This document shows, piece by piece, positions 49,226 to 60,013 of a stretch of DNA of 61,638 nucleotides (position 1 is its first letter; every line of letters begins with the position of its first letter). The translations under genes were made by a program, and so were the position numbers. The stretch is taken from assembly GCA_913051705.1 (NCBI GenBank), contig CAJXCW010000002.1:1-61638 (forward strand). Reading direction: 5' to 3'. The stretch comes from an uncultured bacterium. Lineage in GTDB: Bacteria > JAAXHH01. The notes beneath the pieces are model-generated. The model saw nothing but the letters and a program-made list of their open reading frames with translations. It searched no databases and was not told the origin of the DNA.

Positions 49226-50401
49226 TTACTCTTCCACCCATATGGGATTGGATATAATCCATAATCTGGCCTCTTCACTACCGAAAAGCCGGGGCCGGAC
49301 CTGGTACGCTTCCGCATGATAGACGCCTGGTTCAGATAGGTCATAGACCATGTCTTGAGCGGATACCTCGACGATCTGCTGACCGTTTCGATATAACCTG
49401 ACAAGCACTGCTCCGGAAGAAGGGGCCTTGACACGTACTTGGGATCCTTGTTGAAAAACCACATGGCTCCCCATGTTGAAGGACGTGTCATCAACCTGTA
49501 ATTCGAAATCGAATTGAGACGCTTTCTCATAGCCGTCGACCGCAATATAGCACTGCCCGTTTCGCAAGGCATCAAGAATCTGTTGCCGGTCTGGGACTTC
49601 CGCACCGGATAAGGCGGAATCCAATACGACATACGTTCGCAATAAACCGAACATACGCGCGTAGGATGGGAATTGTAAGATCTGATCTCCCCATAGCGGT
49701 ATACGGGCATGCGCGTCCACGCTACCGATACCCACGAGATGCTGCTGCTGCGCCAGTGTTTGCCACCGGTTAATCGCTTCATCCGGTCGATCGATCAGGC
49801 TATTCAACGCTCCCTCCGGCATAAACCATAAAAATAGAAGAACGCGTATCCATTCAAGCGGGTGGTCGTCACGCCATGCCGTGTCCGCATTCAATATTTC
49901 GATGCCATGAACAGGGCGAACCGACCAGGCTGTCCAGGGACGTCGACCTGCCGGATGGGCAAGAATGGCAAGACCACCTGCTGAATCGATGGAGTCGAGT
50001 AAGGCCGGTAATCCTTCATTCCCTTGTTGTTCCACATGATGGTCCAGGCCCAGGGCCAGTAAATGGCCTGCGCTGGTATTGACTTCTTCACCGATAAGGA
50101 CCAGAAGGTCGTTATGATACCCCTGGTAGCCGTCTATCAGCGGTTGTAAGGTACTATGGTCGGTCATCACAAGAAAATCCAGATCCGCAGTGTGCGCTGC
50201 CCGGATAATTTGTTCTATGGTGCCGCTCCCATCGGAATAACGGGAATGTACATGAATAACCCCGGCATATCGGACGGATTTTTGAGTGGTAGACTTGAGA
50301 TCAGGTCGAGGCTGCTCATACCAGATCGTCATCATCGAATCGGCAACCCACACAAGAATGACAAGGGCTCCGATGATCTTTAAGACGTTTCCGATTTTCA
50401 T
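49226..50401 (-). CDS. PHP-domain metallohydrolase, membrane-anchored
   Basis: HVHSRYSDG, TDH, GEE, AHP, DAH, SNPIW. Confidence 0.8.
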   Translation of the reverse strand: MKIGNVLKIIGALVILVWVADSMMTIWYEQPRPDLKSTTQKSVRYAGVIHVHSRYSDGSGTIEQIIRAAHTADLDFLVMTDHSTLQPLIDGYQGYHNDLLVLIGEEVNTSAGHLLALGLDHHVEQQGNEGLPALLDSIDSAGGLAILAHPAGRRPWTAWSVRPVHGIEILNADTAWRDDHPLEWIRVLLFLWFMPEGALNSLIDRPDEAINRWQTLAQQQHLVGIGSVDAHARIPLWGDQILQFPSYARMFGLLRTYVVLDSALSGAEVPDRQQILDALRNGQCYIAVDGYEKASQFDFELQVDDTSFNMGSHVVFQQGSQVRVKAPSSGAVLVRLYRNGQQIVEVSAQDMVYDLSEPGVYHAEAYQVRPRLFGSEEARLWIISNPIWVEE

Positions 50402-50415
50402 CCACGGTCCCTAAG

Positions 50416-50790
50416 CTAATAATTGCTCCAGAAAGCCTGTTCTATATGTGTAATGTGAGGAGGAGTCTGATCCAGCATAATGCCAATGACATCAAACCGG
50501 CAAGGCGAGTCGAATAACTGATGGTCCTGTAGATAGCGTTGGGCGGCGCGGGCGATACGCTGTTGTTTTCGAGGATGTACCCAGGTTTCCGGCGGACCGA
50601 ATTGCTTTCCGCGTCCTGATTTCACTTCAACAAAGACGATCTCTTCACCGTAGCGAGCGATGATATCAATTTCTCCACGACTGATCGTATCTCGGAAGTT
50701 CTTTATAAGAATGGTGTACCCATTCTGACGAAGATGTCTGACGGCGATCATCTCGCCGCGCGTCCCGCGGTCCCGCGTGGATTCAGGCAT
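50416..50790 (-). CDS. yraN: YraN family endonuclease
   Basis: GEIDII, FVEVK, RFDV. Confidence 0.9.
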   Translation of the reverse strand: MPESTRDRGTRGEMIAVRHLRQNGYTILIKNFRDTISRGEIDIIARYGEEIVFVEVKSGRGKQFGPPETWVHPRKQQRIARAAQRYLQDHQLFDSPCRFDVIGIMLDQTPPHITHIEQAFWSNY

Positions 50791-50824
50791 GATGATGGTT
50801 CGGGAGGTTATATTGCGATTGTAA

Positions 50825-51472
50825 TCAGGTTTTATCGGAGGGGCGCTGCCATCGAAACGACCGCCTATGAATCGGACACATGCCGAATGTTTTCAGCGCA
50901 TCCAGATGCTTGGCGGTGCCGTAACCTTTATGTTTGGCAAAACCGTATTCCGGATATTCTTGATCATAGGACACCATAATTCGGTCACGTGTAACTTTAG
51001 CGATGATGGAAGCCGCCGCAATCGACAGACTTTTAGCGTCTCCGCCCACAACAGTTGTCTGCTCGCCTGGCCAATCAATGGTATCGATCCCGTCTATCAA
51101 GAGATGTTCGGGCGGAGAGGGTAACGTATCAACGGCTTCACGCATAGCCAGAAGATTAGCCTGCCGAATATTCTTTTGATCAATGACATCCGGGGCGGAG
51201 CGTCCCACGCCGACACCGGTTGCAGCGTAGGTAATAACGGAAAACAAGCGCTCGCGCTCAGCGGGTCTTAATCGTTTGGAGTCGTTCAATCCGCCTATCA
51301 ATATCTGACCAGGCAGGACCACGGCTGCTGCGATAACAGGCCCGGCCAGCGCCCCCCGTCCAGCTTCATCTATACCGGCGATGTGGGTATACCCGTTGCC
51401 CCAAAGGACATTCTCCAATGCACACATCGCACGCAGCCGTAATTGTTCTGACGCGCTCAAGGCCCGACTCAA
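50825..51472 (-). CDS. rnhB: Ribonuclease HII
   Basis: GIDEAGRG, DSK, IDG, AASIIAKVTRD, HKGYGT. Confidence 0.95.
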   Translation of the reverse strand: MSRALSASEQLRLRAMCALENVLWGNGYTHIAGIDEAGRGALAGPVIAAAVVLPGQILIGGLNDSKRLRPAERERLFSVITYAATGVGVGRSAPDVIDQKNIRQANLLAMREAVDTLPSPPEHLLIDGIDTIDWPGEQTTVVGGDAKSLSIAAASIIAKVTRDRIMVSYDQEYPEYGFAKHKGYGTAKHLDALKTFGMCPIHRRSFRWQRPSDKT

Positions 51473-51813
51473 TTGCGTCTTTCTGCGATACGTGCCTTCT
51501 TACCCTTTAGGCCCCTTAAATAAAGAATGCGAGATTGGCGTACTTTACCGCGCCTGATAATCTCTACCTTATTTATGGATGGGGAATGTATGGGAAAAAT
51601 ACGCTCGACGCCTATGCCATGCGAAATTTTGCGTACAATAAAGGTGGCGTTGATGCCAGAGCCGGCATGCTGAATTACTACGCCCTGATATATCTGAATA
51701 CGTTCTTTTTCACCTTCACGGACCTTTACTTCGACTTTGACCGTATCTCCGGGGCGGAAATCGGGAAGATCTGTCCTCAATTGTTCATTGCCGATAGAGT
51801 CGAGTACGTTCAT
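51469..51813 (-). CDS. rplS: 50S ribosomal protein L19
   Basis: FRPGDTV, KERIQ, GVERIFP, GKKARI. Confidence 0.97.
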   Translation of the reverse strand: MNVLDSIGNEQLRTDLPDFRPGDTVKVEVKVREGEKERIQIYQGVVIQHAGSGINATFIVRKISHGIGVERIFPIHSPSINKVEIIRRGKVRQSRILYLRGLKGKKARIAERRN

Positions 51814-51851
51814 GATACTATCCTGTCCTTTCGCTGAAAACGAAAGATCGA

Positions 51852-52610
51852 TTATCCGTCGTTTTCCTGCTGCAAGATATCTAAAAAAACATCATCTTCT
51901 TTAGATAGATTAACATCTTTCAATAATTCCGGCCGACGTTGCCATGTCGTCTTTAAAGATTCTTCACGTCGCCAGCGCTCTATTCGTTCATGATGGCCGG
52001 ATAACAGAACTTCCGGCACATCCCAATTTTCATACTGCTCAGGTCGTGTGTAGTATGGGCAATCCAGCAGCCCTTCATAAAATGAGTCTGTCACAGCAGA
52101 CTCGATATCACCCAGTACACCAGGAATCAAGCGAATGACCGCATCTGCAATCATCATGGCCGGTAACTCACCCCCGGTGACGACAAAGTCTCCAATCGAA
52201 TACTCCTCGGTATCAAGACCGTGGATGACTCGCTCATCGACCCCCTTGTAGTGCCCGCAAATGAGTATCAACTGGTCCAGCTCTGTAAAATCTCTGGCCG
52301 TTTCCTGTAAAAACGGCTTCCCGCGCGCAGACAACAGCACACACCGAGAAAGACCGTCAGAAGGGATTTGATCTCGAATGAATCTCACACCACGAAATAT
52401 AGGCTCCGGTTTGAGTACCATACCGGAACCGCCACCGTAAGCATACGCATCAATGGTCTTGTGCCGATCGATGGTAAATGCCCTCAGGTCATGAATGAAG
52501 ATATCCACCAGATCCCGTTCATGAGCAAGGCGGATGATACTCTCATTAAACGGTCCGGTAAACATACCCGGAAAAGCAGTCAGCATATCGATGCGCATTT
52601 CCTGGCTCAC
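51852..52610 (-). CDS. trmD: tRNA (guanine37-N1)-methyltransferase
   Basis: YGGGSGM, ICGHYKGVDER, SIGDFVVTGGE, YTRP. Confidence 0.95.
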   Translation of the reverse strand: MSQEMRIDMLTAFPGMFTGPFNESIIRLAHERDLVDIFIHDLRAFTIDRHKTIDAYAYGGGSGMVLKPEPIFRGVRFIRDQIPSDGLSRCVLLSARGKPFLQETARDFTELDQLILICGHYKGVDERVIHGLDTEEYSIGDFVVTGGELPAMMIADAVIRLIPGVLGDIESAVTDSFYEGLLDCPYYTRPEQYENWDVPEVLLSGHHERIERWRREESLKTTWQRRPELLKDVNLSKEDDVFLDILQQENDG

Positions 52611-52618
52611 TTGTTGTC

Positions 52619-53131
52619 TTACACTATTAAACCGGGTATCAGACGAATAACGATCCGTTCTTCTTCCGGTGAGATCTTAAGTACGATATCTTGAATGGCC
52701 GGAACCAACAGCTCTCCGGCCGGTGTATCTACCACAATGATATCATTGGCCGGCATGGATATAACCTCACGGACGACACCAATGGCTTCTTCCTCTTCCG
52801 AGACGACTTTGCTGCCGATCATCTCGAATACGTAAAAGGTACCCTCCGGCAATGGAGCCGCCTGGGTAAGAGGAACCTGAAGGTAAGCGCCACGTAATCT
52901 GGCTACCTCTTCCGGGGTATCTATCCCCTTGAATTTCATCAGCAGCGTATCGCGATCAGGACGACAGGTTTCAATGTCGTGCGTTTCACGATGGCCATCT
53001 TGAAATTCAATGTTTATCTGATTTAAATCCGTGAACCGATCCGGCGCATCCGAAAGCGACTGGACACGTAAATAGCCTTGAAGGCCATGCGGTTTCCGGA
53101 TAAATCCAATATTAACCCATTCTGCATTCAA
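52619..53131 (-). CDS. rimM: Ribosome maturation factor RimM
   Basis: KPHGLQG, LPEGTFY, LLVPA; located between rpsP and trmD. Confidence 0.92.
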   Translation of the reverse strand: MNAEWVNIGFIRKPHGLQGYLRVQSLSDAPDRFTDLNQINIEFQDGHRETHDIETCRPDRDTLLMKFKGIDTPEEVARLRGAYLQVPLTQAAPLPEGTFYVFEMIGSKVVSEEEEAIGVVREVISMPANDIIVVDTPAGELLVPAIQDIVLKISPEEERIVIRLIPGLIV

Positions 53132-53147
53132 AATATCTGATCCGGTA

Positions 53148-53459
53148 TTATTCTGTGGCCGTCTCTTCTACAGCCGTCTCTTCTGTGGCTGTCTCGGTCT
53201 GATCCTCTCCACGCCATTTAGCGAGGATACCGGTTTTTGCCAGAAGTGACCGGACTGTTTCACTCGGTTGGGCGCCGCGATTCAACCAGGAAACGGCCCG
53301 ATCTACATCAACCTCTAATTGTACAGGTTCGATGGGACTATAATAACCTAGACTCTCGATATATTGACCGCGGGGTTGATAAGCGGCGTGTGCCACGACA
53401 ATACGATAAAACGGTCGTTTTTTCGCTCCCGACCGACGGAGCCGAATGACTACAGCCAT
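53148..53459 (-). CDS. rpsP: 30S ribosomal protein S16
   Basis: IRLRRSGAKKRPFYRIVV, GAQPSETV. Confidence 0.96.
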   Translation of the reverse strand: MAVVIRLRRSGAKKRPFYRIVVAHAAYQPRGQYIESLGYYSPIEPVQLEVDVDRAVSWLNRGAQPSETVRSLLAKTGILAKWRGEDQTETATEETAVEETATE

Positions 53460-53511
53460 GAGTCCTCTCCTTGGATAAGTAATGATAATTTGTCCATTGA
53501 AACTTGCCTAT

Positions 53512-54843
53512 TTAAAACGGCATCATTCCTTGGCCCAGTTTGCCCAGTTTACCTGAACGATTGAACTGCTTCATCATTTTTTGCATCATATTAAATTGTT
53601 TGAGTAGCTGATTCACCTCCTGTACGGTCGTCCCGCTGCCTCGGGCGATACGCCGTCGTCTGCTACCGTTGATAATATTGGGACGCTGTCGTTCGTTTCT
53701 GGTCATGGAATTTAAGATGGCTTCCATATGCCCGATAGCGTTTTCGTCCATATCGACATTTTTAAGCGCTTTTTTATTAACGCCAGGCATCATTTCCAGC
53801 AATTCCTGCATCGACCCCATTTTACTCACCTGTTGAAGCTGCGTGCGAAAGTCTTCGAGGTCGAATGACTGCTTACGTAATTTCTCCTCTAATTTCTGCG
53901 CCTCTTCCATATCGATGGTTGCATGAGCGCGCTCGACAAGCGAGACGACATCTCCCATACCCAGAATACGGGAGGCCATGCGGTCCGGATGAAAGGGTTC
54001 TAGCGCCTCCATCTTTTCGCCGACCCCTATGAACTTGATCGGCTTCTGAGTGACATGACGAATCGATAAGGCAGCTCCACCTCGGGCATCGCCATCCATC
54101 TTGGTCAGAATGCATCCATCAATGGATAGCTGCTGATTAAATGTTTCCGCCACATTGACAGCATCCTGCCCCGTCATACCATCCACTACTAATAATATCT
54201 CATGCGGATGCACCGCGTTCTGTATTCTGCCCAGTTCCTGCATCATCTCGTCGTCGATGTGCAAACGGCCCGCTGTATCTATAATAACTACGTCATGATA
54301 CTGTTGAGCGGCCTGGACCGTGGCTACTGTACAAATGGTCACCGGGTCTTTGCTGCCCTTTATTGTAAAAACCGGTACGTCAATCTGCTCGCCAAGGACC
54401 TGGAGCTGCTGGATGGCGGCAGGACGGTAAACATCTGCGGCCACCAGTATGGGGCGACGTCCTTCCTTATGCAACATACGGGCAAGCTTGCCGGAGGCCG
54501 TCGTTTTACCGGAGCCCTGCAATCCAACCATCATAATGATCGTCGGTGGCGTTTCGACTAATGAGATGCCGACCGCCTGTTCGCCCATCAAGGCAATCAG
54601 CTCTTCATGAACGGCGCCGATCATCTGCTGCCCCGGCGTCAGACTTTTCAACACCCCCTGGCCTAAGGCCTTTTCTTTAACCCTGTCAATAAACTCCCGC
54701 GCCACACGAAAGTTGACGTCGGCTTCCAACAAGGCACGCCGGACCTGGCGGAGGCTGTCATCAATATTCTTTTCAGTTAGTTTGCCCTGGCCTCGGAGGG
54801 TTTTTAACACACCCTCCATACGACTGGATAGTTGTTCAAACAC
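53512..54843 (-). CDS. ffh: Signal recognition particle protein
   Basis: GLQGSGKTT, DTAGR, TKMD, RILGMGD, RIARGSG; GTG start at 54843. Confidence 0.97.
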   Translation of the reverse strand: MFEQLSSRMEGVLKTLRGQGKLTEKNIDDSLRQVRRALLEADVNFRVAREFIDRVKEKALGQGVLKSLTPGQQMIGAVHEELIALMGEQAVGISLVETPPTIIMMVGLQGSGKTTASGKLARMLHKEGRRPILVAADVYRPAAIQQLQVLGEQIDVPVFTIKGSKDPVTICTVATVQAAQQYHDVVIIDTAGRLHIDDEMMQELGRIQNAVHPHEILLVVDGMTGQDAVNVAETFNQQLSIDGCILTKMDGDARGGAALSIRHVTQKPIKFIGVGEKMEALEPFHPDRMASRILGMGDVVSLVERAHATIDMEEAQKLEEKLRKQSFDLEDFRTQLQQVSKMGSMQELLEMMPGVNKKALKNVDMDENAIGHMEAILNSMTRNERQRPNIINGSRRRRIARGSGTTVQEVNQLLKQFNMMQKMMKQFNRSGKLGKLGQGMMPF

Positions 54844-54859
54844 AAAAGTCTCCGATTGC

Positions 54860-56209
54860 TTATCCGGTTTTTCGTAACCGCACCGCAAAACTGCCGTCTA
54901 TACCATGCCGGGATGGTAACGTCCTTACAATCCCTTGCGTATCCATGACATCCGATAATTCAGAAGGCCAGTTGGCAGGTTTTTCAACTTCAAACTCCGA
55001 ATGACGTTTACAAAAATATTCCAGTACATCTTCATTTTCTTCCGTTTCGATAGAACAGGTACTGTAAACGAGTGTTCCTCCGGTTTTGACCAAATAGGCG
55101 CTACTGTCAAGGAGCGCTTTCTGTACACGCTGAACGGCCGGAATGTCTTCCGGCTGTCGCCGCCAGCGCAGGTCCGCCCGACGTGCTATGGTACCCATGC
55201 CGGAACAGGGCGCATCGACAAGCACGCGGTCCGCCTGGATATTTAAACCTGGTCTACATCCATCCATAGCGATCACCGATACATTTTCCAATTGTAACCG
55301 CTGACAATGTGCTCGAACACGCCTTAAACGCTTCGGGGCAAAGTCGCAGGCGATTATACGACCCTGGTCCTGCTGCAAGTGCGATATATAGGTCGTCTTT
55401 CCTCCTGGGGCGGAACATACATCTATGATGGTCTCACCAGGTTGCGGATCGAGGAGACGCACAGCCAGACCTGAGCTCTCGTCCTGAACCTGAAATAATC
55501 CCTCGGTATAACCGGATAACAGCTTAATATCACCGGTGTTCCGAATAGTTAAATAATCTTTAAGCCCATGACAGACTGCTACTTGGACGCCATCCAATAT
55601 AAGTAATTCAGTTAATTTTTCCGTAGATATTTTTTGTATATTAACCCGGATGACTACCGGCGGCGTTCTATTACCGGCTTCCAACAGCGCTACCGCCTGT
55701 TGATGACCATACCGCGCGACCCATCGTTGGACAATCCATTCCGGATATGAATGAATCAGACTCATGTCCTTAATAGCGTCCCCTGTTTGATCAGGATGCT
55801 GAAGTTGCCGTCGCTGTCGTATAACAGACCGTAGTACGGCATTCGTCAAACCGACCGTGCCCTTATGGCCATAGCGTTTGGCCAGTTTCACGGCTTCATC
55901 TGTCGCTGCGGCATCCGGCACCTGATCCATCATCATAAGCTGATACACGCCCATGCGTAATATATTACGAATCCATGGTGTCAACGAATAAGTACCACGA
56001 CGGATCAACTGATCCAGAACCCAGTCCAGACGCTTCCGCCAGCGAACCGTGCCGTAAACCAACTCCGTTGCCAACGACCTGTTGCGTCCATCGAATGCAA
56101 CCTGTTTAAACAGATCACTGAGCGCATCGCGTACAAAAAGCCCTTCTGTATCAAATTGGTACAATGCCCTCAACGCCACCTCACGAATAGAGGGACCGGC
56201 CGCTCCCAT
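54860..56209 (-). CDS. rsmB: 16S rRNA m5C967 methyltransferase
   Basis: NusB-like N-terminus; QDESS, CSAPGGKT, DAPCSG, YSTCS, ENE. Confidence 0.93.
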   Translation of the reverse strand: MGAAGPSIREVALRALYQFDTEGLFVRDALSDLFKQVAFDGRNRSLATELVYGTVRWRKRLDWVLDQLIRRGTYSLTPWIRNILRMGVYQLMMMDQVPDAAATDEAVKLAKRYGHKGTVGLTNAVLRSVIRQRRQLQHPDQTGDAIKDMSLIHSYPEWIVQRWVARYGHQQAVALLEAGNRTPPVVIRVNIQKISTEKLTELLILDGVQVAVCHGLKDYLTIRNTGDIKLLSGYTEGLFQVQDESSGLAVRLLDPQPGETIIDVCSAPGGKTTYISHLQQDQGRIIACDFAPKRLRRVRAHCQRLQLENVSVIAMDGCRPGLNIQADRVLVDAPCSGMGTIARRADLRWRRQPEDIPAVQRVQKALLDSSAYLVKTGGTLVYSTCSIETEENEDVLEYFCKRHSEFEVEKPANWPSELSDVMDTQGIVRTLPSRHGIDGSFAVRLRKTG

Positions 56210-56249
56210 AAAATACCACCACCGAATTTATTTATCACTAACGTACCAA

Positions 56250-56946
56250 TTAATCCCTGTCCCGCTGCATCACATCCCGAAGTATCTGGACCAGTGCTGT
56301 GCCCGCTGTGGTTGCGTACGCCCAAGCGGCGGCATGTAATACTTTTCTTGCTTCTAACAACTCATCTTCCTGAAGAACAGTTTCCGACCGCAGTAACCCC
56401 AGCGCTTTCCGGCTTGCGTTGACTTCAATCGGTAACGTCAGCCATGAGCATCCAACCGGCCAGAGCACGATAATAACTCCGAAGGATGTCATCGCTTGCC
56501 ATTGAGAAAGCAAACCGACAAACAGCATCACGCCAGGCAGAACCGCCCCCCAACTTGCCAGCTGCATTAAAAAAATCGCCATATGAGGATTCAACAACGT
56601 AATGCCGGGATGCTGATCTGTATGATAGGCCTGCAACACATGGCCTACTTCGTGCGCTGCAATGCCTGCCGCAGCTATCCAAGTCGAATGGAAATTTTCA
56701 CTCGACAGCCTTATCGTAGACGACGTGACATCATATCCATCTACAAACAACCCTTAGTACTTCTTTGACCTTAACCTGTGATAGGCCTACTTTGTCCAGC
56801 AACAAACGAGCGACCTGAGTGCCTGTCAATCCGCACACCGCCGGATGGTCGCGAAAACGACGATAGGTGTATACCGTGTACAGGTGTGATCCTGCAATAA
56901 CTGCCAATACTGGAAATAACACCAAAGATATCCATATGTTTGCCAC
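56250..56946 (-). pseudogene. YugP-like neutral zinc metallopeptidase split by a frameshift
   Basis: 5' frame gives GLTGTQVARLLLD...VKEV; 3' frame gives GLFVDGYD..IRLS..AAHEVGH..TLPIEVNAS..AAAWAY. Frames offset near 56755. Confidence 0.75.
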
Positions 56947-56947
56947 A

Positions 56948-57919
56948 TCAGGTTGCCTCTATGGATGCCGGTGTATGTTCGACGCCAAACCGCTCACCGG
57001 GTTTGGGTCGATATCCACGGACGAATTCAGCTGTGCTTATTCTTTTGCGTCCTTCGGGCTGCACGGTGACCAATTTTAGATGACCATCCCCCGTCTGTAC
57101 AATGATACCATCCTGTTTATCAGCCGCGATAATCCCTCCGGGCATACTACCCGACTCAACTTCCGGTTGATCCGTCAATTGACTTTGTATCAGCCTGATT
57201 GTCCTGTCATGCCAGGTTGTATAGGCCATAGGGAACGGATTCAAACCCCTTATATGGTTGTGAATGGCCTGTGCCGTCTGGGACCAGTCGATCCGCGCGT
57301 CTGCCCTGGACAATTTGGGTGCCGCAGAAGAAGCGCCGGACTGCGGTTGCGGACGTGCTTGTCCTGTAGCAATCAACTCTATCGTTTCCGTCAACACGTC
57401 TGCGCCGACAATCGCCAGGCGATCATGCAACGATCCTGTCGTTTCATCTGGACATACAGGTACTTTTTTCTGGCAAAGTATATCGCCGGTATCCATATGA
57501 CGATCAATGAGAAAAGTCGTCACACCGGTCTCTAATTCGCCATTCATTATGGCCCAGTGAATCGGTGCCGCACCGCGGTAAGCCGGCAGCAACGAAGCGT
57601 GCAGATTGATCGAACCTTTGGGCGGCATCATCAAGATCGAAACAGGCAACATCCGAAATGCGACCACGACGAACATATCAGCCAGGAAATTTGCCAGATC
57701 CTTCTTAAATAATGGATCTCGAAGCCGTTCCGGCTGTAAGACCGGGAGGCCATACTCGATCGTTACCTGCTTTACAGGAGACGAAACGATCTTTAGCCCC
57801 CTGCCTTTTGGGCGGTCCGGTTGCGTCACCACACCGACCACTTCATGGTCAGGATGTTGAATCAACCTGTGTAAACTCGATACAGCAAAATCCGGCGTAC
57901 CCATAAATACAAGACGCAT
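56948..57919 (-). CDS. fmt: Methionyl-tRNA formyltransferase
   Basis: FMGTPDFA, TQPDRPKGRG, NLHASLLP, MDTGD. Confidence 0.96.
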   Translation of the reverse strand: MRLVFMGTPDFAVSSLHRLIQHPDHEVVGVVTQPDRPKGRGLKIVSSPVKQVTIEYGLPVLQPERLRDPLFKKDLANFLADMFVVVAFRMLPVSILMMPPKGSINLHASLLPAYRGAAPIHWAIMNGELETGVTTFLIDRHMDTGDILCQKKVPVCPDETTGSLHDRLAIVGADVLTETIELIATGQARPQPQSGASSAAPKLSRADARIDWSQTAQAIHNHIRGLNPFPMAYTTWHDRTIRLIQSQLTDQPEVESGSMPGGIIAADKQDGIIVQTGDGHLKLVTVQPEGRKRISTAEFVRGYRPKPGERFGVEHTPASIEAT

Positions 57920-57950
57920 AAAATTCAGATACAGAACACCGTATCTTTTT

Positions 57951-58517
57951 TCATCTCTCCTCTAGTTCTTCTTCCGTACTTTTCTTCAATTTGCGTAATT
58001 TCCCCTGGATAAACCGAAGGCGAAATTTGCTAAGCCGGTCTATAAACAGAATACCGTCCAGATGATCCACTTCATGTATAAGCGCACGAGCCAGTATGCC
58101 GGAGCCTTCGATTTCGATCGGATTGCTATCCAGATCCTGAGCTTCCACGCGGATCATGTTTGGACGCGTCACTTTGTCATACAGATCCGGAAAACTCAGA
58201 CATCCTTCCTCCCCAACCTGCTCGCCTTCCTGTTTGATGACCCGTGGATTAATGAGGGCAATCTGGGAAGGCTCACCCTCTTTGATAGAGCCAATCCGAT
58301 CTATAATTGATTCCGGTTCCATTACGCTGAGGTCTATGATAAATAAACGGATGGTTTCCCCGACCTGAGGGGCTGCCAGGCCGATCCCTTGTGCATCAAT
58401 CATGGTATCGATCATATCTTCCGCCAGACTCCGGATCTCAGGTGTCGTCGCTTCGATAAGCTGCGATGTTTCACGAAGGGCAGGATCCCCGTATTTACGA
58501 ATGGGCCTAACGGCCAT
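57951..58517 (-). CDS. def: Peptide deformylase
   Basis: GIGLAAPQ, EGCLS, HEVDHLDG. Confidence 0.96.
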   Translation of the reverse strand: MAVRPIRKYGDPALRETSQLIEATTPEIRSLAEDMIDTMIDAQGIGLAAPQVGETIRLFIIDLSVMEPESIIDRIGSIKEGEPSQIALINPRVIKQEGEQVGEEGCLSFPDLYDKVTRPNMIRVEAQDLDSNPIEIEGSGILARALIHEVDHLDGILFIDRLSKFRLRFIQGKLRKLKKSTEEELEER

Positions 58518-58520
58518 AGC

Positions 58521-58865
58521 TTATTCCTTCAATTCTTTAGCGCCCTTTTTGCTGCTCATAACGCGTGAAATGGAACTGCGTTGTACCTCGAGCTTTACAT
58601 TATCCGCCACACGTACCGTAACCACATCCGCCTTGAGTCCTGAAATAGTGCCGATAATACCGCCCTGCGTAACCACTTTATCGCCATTCTGCAAATCATC
58701 CAACATATGTTGCTGATCTCGCTGCCGTTTTTGCTGCGGCCGAATCAACAGCAGATACATGATGAGAAACATTAATATAAAAGGTGCCATCGAGATAAGA
58801 AACGACGGGCCGTCACCGCCGTCACCGCCGGCAGATGGTCCCATGGCAAATGCATCTTGGATCAC
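58521..58865 (-). CDS. yajC: Preprotein translocase subunit YajC
   Basis: YLLLIRPQQK, GDKVVTQGGIIG. Confidence 0.95.
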   Translation of the reverse strand: MIQDAFAMGPSAGGDGGDGPSFLISMAPFILMFLIMYLLLIRPQQKRQRDQQHMLDDLQNGDKVVTQGGIIGTISGLKADVVTVRVADNVKLEVQRSSISRVMSSKKGAKELKE

Positions 58866-60010
58866 TGGTCACACTCCTTGCGATTCTTTTCCGTCCTGTA
58901 TCGCATTAAAAATTGTTCACTCCATTTGACAAACCGGCCTTCTGAAATGGCTTTTCGCATCTGTCCTGCCAGGCCGACAAAGAAATATATATTGTGCAAT
59001 GTACCCATACGCGGACCGAGCATTTCACCGGTATGGTAAAGATGCCGCAGGTACGCTTTGCTGAATGTTCGGCACGCATAACAGGAGCACGTTTCATCAA
59101 GTGGGGCCGGATCTTCCTTGAATCGGGCGTTGTTAATATTGATCCGACCATTTTGTGTATACAATGCCCCGTTACGGCCTTCCCGGCTTGGAATCACACA
59201 ATCAAACATATCCAGACCGCGACCTACTGCATCTATCAAATCCTCTGGCGTGCCGGCGCCCATCAGATAGCGCGGCTGATCTTCCGGCAAACAGGCCAGC
59301 GTCAAGTCGATCAATCCGCCCATCGTTGATTTGGGCTCGCCGATCGACAGCCCGCCGATCGCATACCCGTCAAACGCCATATCAACGAGTGCTTGAGCAT
59401 TTTCGACTCTTAAATCTTCATACGTACTTCCCTGAACAATACCGAACAGGGCCTGAGGATGTCTGCCTCTGCCTTCCAGCTCTGAAAACCGCTGTTTGGA
59501 TCGCATCGCCCAGCGCAACGTCATCGCCTGAGATTTTTCAGCGTACTCATAGGCACATGGATACGGCGTACATTCATCCAGCGGCATAATAATATCAGCG
59601 CCTAAAGCGGTTTCGACTTCCATGACAGATTCAGGCGTAAACAAATGCCGCGCCCCATCAATATGCGACTGAAAGGTGACGCCTTCTTCCTTGATCGTTT
59701 TGAGATCCGACAAACTGAAAACCTGGTATCCTCCACTATCTGTTAAAATGGGATGCGGCCAGTTCATAAAACCGTGTAATCCCCCCATCCTGTGAATCAA
59801 TTCATGCCCGGGACGGAGAAACAGATGATACGTATTCCCCAGCATGATCTTCGTACCGGCTGCTACCAGATCTTCCGGCGTCAAAGTTTTTACCGTGGCC
59901 TGCGTGCCTACAGGCATAAATACCGGTGTATCAATGTCACCATGCGGTGTGGAGATGCGTCCAAACCGGGCCTTCGACCCCGGATCTTTACTGATAAGTT
60001 CAAATGTCAT
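58862..60010 (-). CDS. tgt: tRNA-guanine transglycosylase
   Basis: TPVFMPVGT, TDSGGYQV, GGLSIGE, DMFDCV, CSCYAC...HN. Confidence 0.96.
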   Translation of the reverse strand: MTFELISKDPGSKARFGRISTPHGDIDTPVFMPVGTQATVKTLTPEDLVAAGTKIMLGNTYHLFLRPGHELIHRMGGLHGFMNWPHPILTDSGGYQVFSLSDLKTIKEEGVTFQSHIDGARHLFTPESVMEVETALGADIIMPLDECTPYPCAYEYAEKSQAMTLRWAMRSKQRFSELEGRGRHPQALFGIVQGSTYEDLRVENAQALVDMAFDGYAIGGLSIGEPKSTMGGLIDLTLACLPEDQPRYLMGAGTPEDLIDAVGRGLDMFDCVIPSREGRNGALYTQNGRININNARFKEDPAPLDETCSCYACRTFSKAYLRHLYHTGEMLGPRMGTLHNIYFFVGLAGQMRKAISEGRFVKWSEQFLMRYRTEKNRKECDQ

Positions 60011-60013
60011 AAA

